DNA of 64,000 nt from Bispira polyomma (taxonomy: Eukaryota). The stretch is taken from positions 44,082,001 through 44,146,000 of the forward strand of contig OZ287748.1 in assembly GCA_965649765.1 (NCBI GenBank), in the 5' to 3' direction. The position numbers were made by a program, and so were the translations under genes. The notes under the pieces are model-generated. The model had not been told where the DNA came from, did no database searches, and worked only from the letters and a program-made list of their open reading frames with translations. Below are positions 50,949 through 63,878 of the stretch, piece by piece. Numbering within the stretch: position 1 is the stretch's first letter; the number at the start of each line of letters is the position of its first letter.

Positions 50949-53900
50949 GTGAGTACTTTTAGAAAATAATATATAAGCTAATTACCAAATTACTAGGATT
51001 AAAGTTTGCAATAGAAAAACTGAAAATGATATTTAAATTAATAAAATGTAACCCATATAAGCACTTGTGTCTGTCAAATATCATATGAATTGGTCGTATA
51101 ACTCCTTAAAAAACTTTTTCACACCACACTATATTTTTATTAATATTTAGCCACAGATTCGAAAGAGGAGGCAAGTTTGAAGTCTTGTAGAAAAGATGAA
51201 ACAATTGATCCAAAGCTACCCTGTGGGGTGTTGTGGGTTGTTCAAGTAACAACTGCAATGCTGGGTTATAATGAAGGTTGTAATAGATCAATGAGAATCT
51301 ACTCATACCAAAAAGATGTCTTATCATTATTCCAAAGAACTTGTGATGGATATTGTATATGTACAATTCCATGGTCTTCGATAGAATGTCTAATTGACTC
51401 TTCCACAGATGATGCAGTGAACAGTCTCCTTATAGTTTTCAACTGTATAAAAAGTAAGTTTTACTTGAGATTACTTGGTTACGAAATAATGAAACTGATT
51501 AGTAATTCTGTAAATTATTAGTGCTAGTCCATGTGGTTTTATGCTGGCAATGTAGAACTTGCTAATTGACATCAGATGTCTTTGATAACAAGTAAATAGG
51601 CTTTGAAAAGTAATTTTATTCACACTACTGTTTACAAACAATGTCTTCTATATAAAAAATTGAACTGTCTGACATTTGACTTTAGATCTTAATTATCAAG
51701 TCAACATGTCATTGAACAAATCAAACCCCTCCATCCTTTACTTGTGTTCAATCCCGTTTCTAATAGCCTCACAAAGCACTTTTAATCTGTAATTCTCCAA
51801 CCTAAGGTTACACATCGAATACTGTTTAGGGATGATGGACAAATGGAACAAATGTTCAGTGCTATGTTGAATTTAGTAATACTAATGACTCGTTTGTTTA
51901 TCATATAATTTTTCCTCCATACAAAATAAAATAGAAAAAATTTCCATGAGGTTTTAGATATATTTGTATTGTTAAATTTTATTTTATTTTGATGTAGCTA
52001 ATCAGAAACGTCATGATATTATAGTAAATAACTGCAGTGACTGGGTCTTCTCAAACACAACACAATCGCCTATCACTTTACCAGCAGCATTAAGCACGTA
52101 AGTTGCGACTTTATTAGTTGATTTTAAAATTCTCTTCATCATATATTAATACGAAAAATTATTATAAAATACTACATTGATATGATAATAATTTTTCGCT
52201 TACATAAAAATTTCATCAATATTTAGTTAAATTAATATGTGAATGTGTGGATTGGCTAAATCTAGTTTTATGTGTTAGTCTCATATAAAACAATGTAAAA
52301 ACTAATTTTGTTTTAACTCTTGAAACTGTGATTCAACAATAATGCACATGTGGTTGTTAAAAATAGTTGTTCATGATATTGTATAGAATTATAATGGATA
52401 ATTTAATCATCCTCAGCTAGCAATGTGGACAAAAGCCTCTAACTTGGTCACTTTGGTATGCTTTCGTTATTATGTCCCCGGCCCGAATTTAGTAATAATA
52501 ATATAATAATGGTTCGAGGGTATCATGCTTTTGCGTTGTCCATCCGGTGGTCTGTATTCACCTATTTTTCTTCAAGTTAGGAATATGCTAGCTTTCCAAA
52601 ACTTCACCAAGCCTTAAATCAAACCATAGACTAGACAAGGTCCGAATATCTAGGAAAAAAATAGGAAATTTCAACCTTTCAAATTTAGCCTTATTCTCCG
52701 GATGGACACTGGTTGAGGAAAAACTTACCTATTTTTTTCAGATTGGGAATGTGCTAGCTTTCCAAAACTTTACAAAGCATTAACCAGACCATAGACTAGA
52801 CGAAGTTCGAATATCTAGACAAAAAAAATGCAATTTCAAAATTTGCTGGGAGTTTGACTTTTTGACTTGGGCTCTGGATTGACACTGGATGGAGGACAAA
52901 CTCACCTTTTTTTTCAGATTGGGAATATGCCAGCTTTCCGAAACTTTACAAAGCATTAACCAGACCATAGACCAGACAAAATTCCAATATCTAGAATAAA
53001 AATATGAAATTTAAAATTTGCTGGGACTTTGAAATTTGGACTGAGTTAGGAATATGCTAGCTTTCTGAAACTTCACCAAGCATTAAACCACACCATAGAC
53101 TAGACGCAGTTCAGATATCCAGAAAAAAATAAAAAATTTCAAAATTTGCTGTGACCTACCTCAGGCTTTGGATATACACATGATACACAAACCCACCTAT
53201 TGTTTTTAGGTTACGATTAGGATAGCTGAAACTTTACCACGCTTTCAACCACATCACAATCTAAACAAAGTATGAATATCAGGGAAAAATAGTTTTAACA
53301 TTTATTGGGATTTCGAACTTAGTCTTGGGATGGACACACCGTGGAGTAGTGTGGCCAAAACTGACCTATATTTTTCACATGTAAGATTATGCTGGCTTGC
53401 TGAACCTTTAAGCATTTAAACCCACGTTACACTCAACAAAGTTCATATATCAGGAAAAAAAGCTCATAATTTGCTGTGACTTTGAACTTGGTCCCTTGAT
53501 GCACAGTATGGCCCATGCTCGCCTATATCTGTTTAACTTAGGAATATTTTTCTTTTATTAAAGCATTCAAATACACCTTACATAAAAAAAATTTAATATC
53601 GGGGGAAAATGTTAACTTTGAATTCCAGATGGACACAGGATCGAGGAATGTGATAACCACTCGTACAAATTTAGTTACAAAGAATATTGTGTTTATTAAT
53701 GGTTCAATAGAATTGATTATTATCAGATCCATACTTATAGTAATAATATATTACAATATACAATATCTTTAAATGTTTGTTTCAACTAATTTTACTGAGG
53801 ATTGTGTCATTAGTATTACCTATCCCTGGGGCCATTATTTGTCGGGAGACATATTTCTAGTTTTATCATACATTTTCTCTCAATTACAGATTCACTTCAA

Positions 53901-55479
53901 GTGTAGTAACTGCAATTGATGTTGATACATCGCCTTTCAGTAAAGATGAGAGTTTAAACCAAACAAATTCTAAACTCTCAACTGCTGAAACATCAACATT
54001 TGTGCATACACTTGATGCCAGCCCGGACCAATCAACATCTAACACTATTTCTCGTGTACAAACTTCAAAAACTGGGATGAATGAAGAAAAAACTGATAAA
54101 GGTATTACTTTTGCAATTAGTTGTAAACTTTTATACAGAAGTAAACTTAATAACTTTGAATAATTTGTACGAAACTATGACATATATATTTTGTTTATCT
54201 AGCCTTATCTATCTGCTTATCTAAACGTTATCCACAAAAAGATTAGCATTCAGCCAAGGGGAAGGGGGATCTGTAACAAAGACTTGATTTTAAAAGATAA
54301 GACTTAAGATGTTTCTAATTGTGTTAATGCTCTTTGTGCAAGTGGAATGTAGATTATTCCAGACAAAAAGAGCCATATATGATGCTAATTTGTCGACATG
54401 GCTACCGTATAAATACTTAAAAATTGACACTATACCGTGGATCAAGTTACAAAGCATTCTTCTTAAACTGTGAATATGACCAAATATATACACTAACACT
54501 TCAGAAGTGCATATCTCAATTTTTTTTTAAATATTTGAATTTTTCAAAATGTTGCAGAAACGGTTCTACATGTTCTTTATATATGAAAATTATAGTACCA
54601 AATATCAATAGGGAAGCATTTAGCATATTTTAAATGATGTGTGCTTCAACCACACTTTGCTTTCTGCATTATCACTAATGTCTTATCATTTGTGACGTTT
54701 ATTATAGTATGTGTGACAGTTTGGTGACATTTTTGTATTTTTCGTAAATTAAATAGCGTAAATGCATTTAATCAGATATAATGACATACAATGTGACAAA
54801 ATACTCAATGACTATGTGTTTTTCTGAAAGAGTTATTACTATGTTGTTGTTTTATGCAATATTGTTTAGGTGTTATAGCTGGTGTTGTATGTTGTGTGAT
54901 ATTGTTGATGATATGTTTTGCAACCGGAGCAGTCTGCTGGTACAAAAGGTATGCTGCTTACAACTCATAAAAAAATATCTGATTCCTTCGATATCTGACT
55001 TTTAAGTTTTTAGAACATTATTTCAGAAAATAATTCATTTAATTTAATAGAAAATTGGGAAATTTTAGATTTTCTTGTATTTTCTTCATAGACAATCAAG
55101 AATATTTTATTCTTTCAGGCGTCACAAAAAGAATAGCTCACAAGAAAATACATATGAAAACCCCTCTGCTCCAGGCATAGAGGTGACTCGTCTTGATACA
55201 GTTAAACATACAAGTGAAATTTCAGATATAACATCAACATACATTGACAGACCAAATGAGACTGCAGAATCTAAGATGGGCAGAGCCTATGAGGATGTTA
55301 TGATACATCATGGCGAGCAAGTAGAAATCAGAACCAGTGTGAATGTTTCAGAATATAATGCTGCAGAATCAGATGTAAAGGACATTGAAGGTCACTATGC
55401 TCCTCTTACAACATATGAAAATATACCTAGAAATACACATCACATCCTGACCAGTGAATATGAGATGTTGAAAAAATAG
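50894..55479 (+). CDS. Unit C: complete 6-exon, 369-aa SUEL-like lectin receptor with ITIM/ITSM-like tail
   Basis: Exons 50894-50948, 51151-51453, 51998-52097, 53890-54101, 54870-54948 and 55119-55479, all GT-AG, total 1110 nt, one open frame. Confidence 0.92.
51151..51453 (+). CDS. Unit C SUEL-like exon
   Basis: VQVTTAMLGY..C..DVL..FQRTCDGY.IC..W..AVNSL..FNC aligns with A and B; A|gtaagt donor. Confidence 0.9.
51998..52097 (+). CDS. Unit C linker exon (..NNCSDW..)
   Basis: gatgtag| and AC|gtaagt, phase 1-2. Confidence 0.85.
52469..53860 (+). mobile_element. HINE/Helentron-like element with a ~170-bp satellite-like array, in unit C intron 3
   Basis: Subterminal inverted repeat tatgtccccg / cgggagacata, 3' ctagtttt; unit starts near 52559, 52726, 52903, 53194, 53364. 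Confidence 0.75.
53890..54101 (+). CDS. Unit C Ser/Thr-rich stalk exon
   Basis: ttacag| and G|gtatt; 70 open codons, phase 2-1. Confidence 0.85.
54870..54948 (+). CDS. Unit C transmembrane exon (GVIAGVVCCVILLMICFATGAVCWYKR)
   Basis: tttag| and AG|gtatg. Confidence 0.9.
55119..55479 (+). CDS. Unit C tail exon (7 Tyr: YENP, YEDV, YAPL, TTYENI, SEYEML)
   Basis: tctttcag| in frame with ORF 55075-55479. Confidence 0.92.
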
Positions 55480-58400
55480 GAACTAAACCAATTGCTGCCA
55501 CTTTTAAAAGAGAAAACATCATGCAATTTAGCAGACTCACAAGCAAAATAGCTTGCTAAGTGCCAGTAACATACCATCCACAATACATGCTTTCCGTGAT
55601 TTTAACAGTTTTAGAGCATTATTGTAGTAAATATTTGCATTAGAGCTTATAGTCAATATTTTAGTGTATGGTTCAAACTAACAGAAGGCTAATATATATT
55701 CTGAATCATGTATATTATTGTTCATAGAAGTTACAAATATGTATATAACTGGAAAAAGGAACATTGAGATCTTAGGAAGTGACAAATAATCTTTTCTGTC
55801 CACCGGACTATGCTCTTGCACACTGACTAGGATATGCACCACAGAGGATGCATGGTCATCGATTGTGGCGCTATAGAAGTAAAAAGATTAACATTAAATA
55901 CCTCACAAGTTAGCTTTTCAGTGAGTAAGTGCAACAACATTTCTGATGAACCATAATCTCAATAACAGTTATTGCAAATTTAAGGTGATTGACCTTATAT
56001 GTTATTGAGATTAACTGTCATGTGTACCATTTGCACCATTACAGCATGTGAAGATTGATGTCACTCTAAAGAGTGTGAACAAATTTTAAAACAAAATACA
56101 CCATTCTGAGGGAGATTCTAGAAGAAACCTGGGCAAACGATTTATGTAGTACAGCTTCAATTAATTGCTAATTTCCCACTGTAAAATAGTGTGTGTTTAC
56201 GTTATCATAGACCGAGTTGTACTGCTTCTAAACACTAATACATATGAATATTTTGTACACACTAAAACACATCTATCTTGGCAGCAGTGTTTACTGACCT
56301 TGACATTATAGAGTACCATAATTTTTGCTCGCAATTTGGATGACTTTAAATACCCGTATTTTAAATCTTACCTTTTATGTGGTTTTGTTTTGATGCAAAG
56401 AAGGTGTAGCTTTCTGACCAAGGCACTGCATGTGTCTGTTCAGTTCCTGCATTCACATATCCTTAACTATAATCATTATATTTATCTGTCATTCTCCTTC
56501 ATATGTCTTGGAATATTTTGAACAGGGAATTTTATTTTTATGTTTCTTCTCTAACAACAATCAGCAAATATGTGGATCCTGAATTTCATCTTGTACTGTG
56601 ATGCCAACCAAATAGGCGTTTCTGTTCAGGAGTGATATTTAAGGCATATTTGTAAAATAAACTGATACACAAATCTTTACTCACTGGACCATCAATTCAA
56701 TTCCTTGCATAAAGAAATAAGTCATGGTTTTAACTCAAATACTTGGAAAAATGCACATATAACTTCATGTATACAGAAATAAGTCATGATATTAACTCAT
56801 TTAATAATGAAATTAAATATTTAGGTTCTTTATTCCCAATGTATATCTAAACATGGTCAACAAATGGTTACCACAATTAACAATAATCTTTCCATCATTG
56901 GTATACAATATAGTACCTAACTCACGTGCTCTATTATGCACGAACATACAGTGAGTCCTTTTGCGTAATGTAGTAGTACATTGAGATTCAAACCCATTTA
57001 GCTGCTACTTAAAAGGTACATATTAGCATTTGGTTGGAAAAAAACATACATTTATAATTGAATTTACATTACAATATACTTTCACATATTTATTTATAGT
57101 TTTTATAACTTATAAATATACAGATTTAGTGCAAGTTTAATATTATCTCTGAAATGAGGCTTTTCAACAGCCCCCTTCCCCCTTGTAAAAGGTATAAACG
57201 TCAAGTAAAAGGTCAAACGAGGTATGTAAGTATATGTAAGTTGAAGTCAGTAAAACTATGGTTTGAGGCAGTTATTACAATACATTGTTAGTGATGTATA
57301 TGTATATACAAATATGGTTAAAATATATACCAATTTTGAAATATGCAAGAATTTTTAAAACATCCAAGTCAAACTAAGAAAAGGAGGAAATAGAGGAGGC
57401 AAAGGTAAGTGGTACAGCAAAGGTTGCTTGTAAATTTTTCTGAAGGTAGGACTACACGGCTTAAGACCAGAGCCTGTGTGCTATAATATTTTGACATTAT
57501 TGTTGAATGCAAATGTTGCACCTGACCTCCTAAATATATGAAACTATGTTTTTGGTGGTATGCTTACATGTGTAAGTACTGACTGCTGCCAGTGTTGAAC
57601 ACACATGTGTGTCTACTATAGGATGGTGTGGGTATTTCGCATCCACAAACAGTGTTGAGTCTAGTTCTGGTGGTCTTGATTGTAATCAATTTTAAATTGC
57701 CTTAACTGAGCAGAGAACAGGATTTAACACTAGGATTTGTATTATATGGAATTGGAATATGATGAAATGAAGAGTTTCATTGCGACCCTCAGGTTATGAA
57801 ACACCGGGGCCACATCCAGTTTGAATATTCTGGGGTTATGGTAGTTAACATTTTTTCCAAAATGTTGTCGATAGTTGGAAATTCAATGCGAATTCAAAGC
57901 CATCAAATTGTAGTCTATTGACACTAGATTTTATCATTAACTGAATAGCATTGAGGATAAGACAAATTTAGGATAACATGACGCTTACAAACATCCTTTG
58001 GAGAACAATGCTATCTATCTCAGTGGCTGGGCCTAACATTGCCCCACACTGTTTTTCTTTCTCAAGGTACTGATTAATGGCAGCCTAATATTGAAGGGAA
58101 GAATGGTGATTGGTGACCTCCTTACCGCTTAAAGTGTGGGTATTTTGAAATGAAAGGGGAAATCCGAATTTGAGGTAACAGCAATTTGTCAGGGTAGTCT
58201 TGTAGAATTTATGCCAAGCTACAATGTTTAAACCGAATGTTAGAGGGAATCTGGCCTCTCTGTATTTAAGACATATCTGACATTTGTTGAATGGTTTTTT
58301 TGATAACGCCAAGAAACCCTTTTTTGTGGTAAATGTATGTCAGTAAGTGCATTGGTAGCGTAGCACCCACAGTGTTTTTAGTGAGAGTATTACGAAAACA

Positions 58401-58710
58401 GAGGCGAGGTCGCACGACGTGACTGTACCTGTGTTGCAGACTTTAATTGCATTGACCTATTGGGTCCTTCATCAGTATCTTTGCTTAGATATATTTGTTT
58501 CGCCTCAGAGTCCAAAAGTTTTACATGACCATCGGCTGTATTTTGCAAAGATCCAGTGTCACAAAAACTCCTAATAGAATAGGCTGTACGCATTTCACCT
58601 GGGGAGGATTGCCGCATCTGTACTATTATGGCCCCACCCCATTGTGTATAGAAACCTGAGAAATTAAAGAAATTTTCCTGTATATATAAGTATGGGTAAC
58701 CTCCCATTAT

Positions 58711-58859
58711 GTCCTCAGTGGCCGAGTGGTTAGCAAGTTTGGCATCTAATTACAGGCTGTCACCTCTGTGTGGGTTCGCCTCCCACAAGTGACAAATGAT
58801 GTGGGTCTGTCCCAATATGACCCTGACTGTAGAACGGGACGTAAAAGCCTAAACTTTGA
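58711..58859 (+). mobile_element. Short tRNA-derived SINE inserted in retroelement copy 3
   Basis: TGGCCGAGTGG A-box, ggttcgcctccc B-box, 3' ctgtcccaatat..ggacgt shared with the 8020 SINE. Confidence 0.8.
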
Positions 58860-59363
58860 ATCTGGGTAGGATTTGAGAGATTGCAAGTTAGTAGTTGAGA
58901 TTCTGATGCTGATCCCATTCAGGTTTAAACTAGTGGACAGATAATTATCGCCTACGCCCCTCTGATAAATATTCAGACAACCCCTCACTGACTGATGATC
59001 AACGTGGGAGTTGGCGATGACTACATGTCCATCATACATATAATTTTCACTACACTAATAAGGTCTGCGTGTATAATTTTTGGTGTTGTTATGATAATTT
59101 AACCAATTGTTAATACATTCTATCCCCTTACAAGTATTTGTAAACTCTTGACAATATTTTACACCGCAACTCTTATTAACATTAGTACTGGCAGTATTCA
59201 TCAGTATATCTTGGTAGATTTTCCCAATACCCTGTACTGGGTTATTGGTAGTTCTATTGGCCCCAAAACCCCCGTTGCGACATTAGTTAGAATACTTTGA
59301 ACACAAGCATTAACATGTAAATTATTTATTTGTTTAATTTCTCCAAGTAAAGGCTGGCCCTAA

Positions 59364-59714
59364 GCCTGGGCTTCCTTTCAGCATGTTTTTTTCAGCCGAC
59401 ATCAATCGACGTCCGCCGACGTTAGCGGATTATATCAGTCACTATTTGATATTAGGAACAGCTTCCTTTCAACATATTTCCCTTAGATCAGATCAGATGT
59501 TGGCTGACGTCTGTTGCCCTAACATATTTTATCAGACAAGGAGCGAAAAAAAATCGGGAGGTCTGTCCGTTTTTTAAATAAATATTAACAAAACAAAAAA
59601 AAATATTTTATTTTACATATCGGATGTAAGAAGGTGCTACATCGGCCGACGTTGGGTCGGAGCAGACACTTACATGTCGGCCGACATCAGAATGTGCTGA
59701 AAAGATCCCCAGGC
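59364..59714. mobile_element. PIF/Harbinger-type MITE (copy 2)
   Basis: TAA|gcctgggcttcctttcagca...tgctgaaaagatccccaggc|TAA; homologous to 1456-1740. Confidence 0.88.
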
Positions 59715-61519
59715 TAAAATTATTTGCCAAATTAATTTACACAATTTTTTTCAGTGAATTTTTTGTCTGTTTTCACACAAATACTATTAGATGTAAATTT
59801 TTGTCTTTCACTTTAAGCTCATTCACACTAATCATAATTCTACTCTTATTATTTTTACACCCTGTCCTTAGAACTGGTTGCTGGTCAATGTCATATTTAC
59901 TTGGGTTAAGCCCTGATTCCAACTGTCTGGAAGAGTTCACCTTGTAACACTTAAATTCAGAGTGTTGGGCGTCCTTGTGAAGTATGGTTGAACAGTGCCA
60001 GCACACATGCTTGTACTGGTTATGATCTGCCTTGTGATTGCATTTACCTGTCTTAAACATTTTACAATTAAATCTGGCCGTTTAGGAATTGTCAGTTGAT
60101 ATTGTTTTGTTTCCTTTTGAGTTAACTATCACTATCTGAGATGCATTAGTCGATTTAGGGCCCACTGGGTAGAATAATTCCAAGAAAGCAGTCCTTACTC
60201 CACCTCTGTCAATCCCGGAGTGACAGAACTACCTGCTGGATCATATCTCGTGATAACATGGGAGTCTGTGATCTGGAGTGCGTTAGTTAACAGACCAAAA
60301 GCCCACTGTAATAAAGACAAGTCATCGAAGATGTAATGCTTGTGAGCTGACCATCCTGTGCATCCCTCATTTGCCCAACTTAATTTTGGGTTACTGGTAG
60401 AAATGTCGGTACAGTTAAAGCGGCCAGATTTCTGTCCAAGAACAGCCTTACCTTGAGTAAAAAGCACCTGTGCCTGTATATTATACATTTGGTTGACCAG
60501 TGCCTTTAGGACCTCTGTTCTGGGAACTATGCTGCTGTGCCCATAATCAGCTCCACTGTGAGAGACATAAGGTTGCTGCAGGACGGGACCCGTCAGAGAG
60601 CTATGCAATAAATCAGTCTGTGTAAGGATCTTCGCCGCATTAAGGTAAGGTGATGTCATCTCTGTACGGTTGTTTTTAGCTTCTACTCAGTCGAGCTATC
60701 AGGCTAACTTGCCATTAGACTGCTCTAAACTCTCAGAATGTTAGGAATTTTGGTATCCTGGTGGTCTGGAAAGGCCAGGTTTATGGGTAGGTGACCTGTT
60801 AACTGTTCGGTAAAGATAAATGCTTGTGGTGCTTGGGAGATATGAATTGCTCTGACCGCTGCCTGTACTTGGCTGTGGGTGTTACACTGAGATGAAAGCT
60901 GGGAAAAATTGGCCCAATCGAATAGGCCCCTCAAATCAGTAGCCATACTGTCATCAATATAAATGTGTGATACCGTTTTCTTTGTAGTATTCTTCTTTGG
61001 TTGTTTTCTAGTTTTAGCGCCATCTGTCCTTTTCGTCTTTCCCATTATGAACACGTTAAATAGTAATAATAAAAACAAACTAAATGTAAAAAACAAAATA
61101 CTCAAAACATAAGGCATCAGCAAAGTCTTCATAAGTTTATTCGCTTTTACAAAATGTCCGTGTTCTCTCTTGCTGATTCCTTTCTTAAATAGAAGTACTA
61201 TTAAATTATAGTATCAAATATGCCACCAGGGATAAAGGTAGGCATAACTTTTGTGTTGGTAGAACTGAAATTTGTTTCTAAATAGATGTGTTTTATATTT
61301 TTTAATTTGTCATGTTTCATCTAATTTTGTAATATACATTACAACAATTAAAAAATAATTACAATATAACTAATGTAATCTGATCTAACTTTTATAGCAC
61401 TTATCTCTATGATAGCAGGTTTTAAGGCGCATGAGATAGAAAATCATTTAACAATTTCATTTAGCCATTGGACATACAGGTATCGTCACCATGGAGACAC
61501 CGGAAAAATGTCAGGAGGC

Positions 61520-62910
61520 TAAGGTGGAAAAGCTTTGCTGAATAGGTAGGTTATGAGCTTTTTCTTAAACAGGCCAGTGGTGAGGAGGCAGTACAAATAT
61601 CATGAGAACATCCTCTAGGGCGCTGATATCCAAAAAGAGAAAGTCCATGGGCAAAGGTTGTTCCAGAAACGCATCCACCAACGGACTTAGGAGGGGGTAG
61701 ACCAGTCTGAAAAGGTAAGTTTTCAGATGGCTTCTGAAACTTGTAATTTTATCCTATGATCACACAGTGTGTGGGAGTTTGTTCCATTCAACATAAGCCA
61801 CAATAGCAAAGCAGTGCCTACTGATTTTTCTGTTTGATCGGGTTGAAGAGACGGAGATGGGGGTTCCCCGAGTAAGGCTACCAGATTGTATAAGTGAGAA
61901 CAAATAAGGCGGTTGTTTCAGTTTGATAGCTTTGAACACAAGAAGGTAACACTTAAAAAGAATGCACTGTTCGTCAGGTAGCCAATGGAGTTTGTTTAGG
62001 TAAGGTGAGACATTGCTGAATTTGTAAAGCTTGTACACAATACAGCAGAGGGCATTTTAGATCGTGTATTTGGTAGTAGCAGGCCCGACAGACACTGGTT
62101 ACATGACAACTGTATGAGTTTCTTGGTTGAAGATAACGCCAAGGTTCTTAACCTTACTTGATGGTGTCATATTGTTGTTTAGGGGACTGATCGGGAAGAA
62201 TGGTTCGAAACTGTCTCGAGTAGCATTGTCACCTATAGTAATAAATTCGGTTTTGTCTGGGTTGAGATTAAGCTTGAAGTTTTCCATCCATGTTTGCACA
62301 GCCTCGATTTTGCCAACTCTGATATGCTTGAATCAAAGTTTCTTGCATCTAGCACTAAGTATATTTGTGTGTTATCAGCATATAGTTGGCGAGTGACGTT
62401 AAACTGAGAGATTATTTTACAGAGGAGAGTGGTGTACATGGTGAAAAGAAGAGTGCCCAATACAGAACCTTGTGGGACACCATGTGGTAGAGAGAAACTT
62501 CTGAGAATTGATCCCAATTTTGATTTTTTTTTTTTTTTTTTTTTGCTTTCTACAAAACTGAGCCCTGAGGTACACCAAACTCTAACTTAAGCAAGTGTGA
62601 CAGAGCAGAACCTATTTTAACTGCTTGGTGTTTGAGAGATATGAAGTAAACCATTTTAACACAGTGTCTTGAAAACCAGCCATGATGACAAACAGTCAAG
62701 AAGTGTTCTGTGATCAATTGTATCAAAGACAACTGACAGATCAAGCAGCACCAAAGATGTGAGTTTACCTTTAGACAAAGAAATGTATATATCTTTCTTT
62801 ATTGGCAATAAAGCGGGTTATGTGGAATGACCACGCTTGTAGGGTGATTGATTTGAATTTCCCGGTCCATTGGCATTTAGGTGCTCCGTTATTTGTTCAG
62901 CGACAGCTTA
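61520..62910 (-). mobile_element. CR1/L2 LINE RT remnants (two joined pieces)
   Basis: GVPQGSVL twice, LYADNTQIY, LNPDKTEF, VKNLGV and LHWLP. 62070-62500 is the same family as 32780-33180. Confidence 0.88.
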
Positions 62911-63183
62911 GAGAGGAAAGTCAATCCAGACAGTGCCCTTTTGTTAACTAACATTAATGTATGTTTTGTTTTACACGGATGTGTGTTATATTTTTTATTT
63001 TGTCAGTTTTATCATATAATTATGTAATATACATTACAATAATTAATAAAATAATTACAATACAACTAAAATTAATGTAATTTTTTTGATTATCCAATAA
63101 TACATTGTGGCCCATATTTCCATAAATACAATGATATTTTTCACTGCAACAGACATATATGTTCAGTAGCCCATTTAGGACAA

Positions 63184-63878
63184 ATCTTGGGCAATTTACA
63201 AATCGGCCAGCCAATTTATACAATGCTAAATCGCCTGGCCAATATATCTAATTCTAAATCGCCTGGGAATTTTTTATAATGCTAAATCACCCGGGAAATT
63301 TATAAAATAGATTTTATAATATTAATCAAAATAAGGTTTAGCAATACATATGTATATGAATTGCCCAGTGCATCGTCATACTTTACATCTGTGTCATATT
63401 TTACACCCCTCTTTTTTCCCACCTATAACAATGGGGAATTAAGGGGTTCAAAATAAGGCTGCTATATTTTACACCCCATCAGAAACTACATCCCTTATTC
63501 AATTATGTTGATAAAATCAGTGATAACAATTATTTCATTACAATTAACTTTCTTGAGTGATTCCAAATAAGCTGAGGGCATTGTTGTTTTTGTTGTTTTT
63601 TTTTTCATTTTACCTAGCTATATGTTACTTAGATCTTATTTACACTCTATTTAAGTAAATGTGTGTCACAAAAAGGCAATGAATAAAATGCTAAAGTGAG
63701 TTATTTGTGTATTTGGCTTTAAAACAAGATATGTACATAATTATTTATTTCAAATCGTATATACTGCTAAATCGCCTCAGCGATTTGTAAATTACCCGGA
63801 TGATTTAGCAGTATAAAAATGGATAAAGTACCCAGGCGATTTGTAAATTGCCTTGGCAGTTTACAAATTGCCCAGATG
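63184..63878. mobile_element. Foldback/MITE-like element with internally repetitive inverted arms
   Basis: Repeated aaatcgcctggg(c)aattt units at 63184-63305 and their reverse complements at 63765-63878. Confidence 0.65.

Larger units (their letters stand above)
57170..61190 (-). mobile_element. Ngaro/DIRS-type retrotransposon copy 3 (gag, RNase H remnant, tyrosine recombinase; RT not seen)
   Basis: MGKTKRT, KSGRFNCTD, FDDLSLLQWA, CCCH finger; recombinase FHIFRRSGA..H.LW..SYL near 57450-57545. Ends approximate. Confidence 0.85.

Noticed and set aside
52559-53530. CRISPR-like array (also 4068-4420 and 30080-30235)
   Set aside because: Eukaryotic context, degenerate head-to-tail units without unique spacers, and no cas genes.
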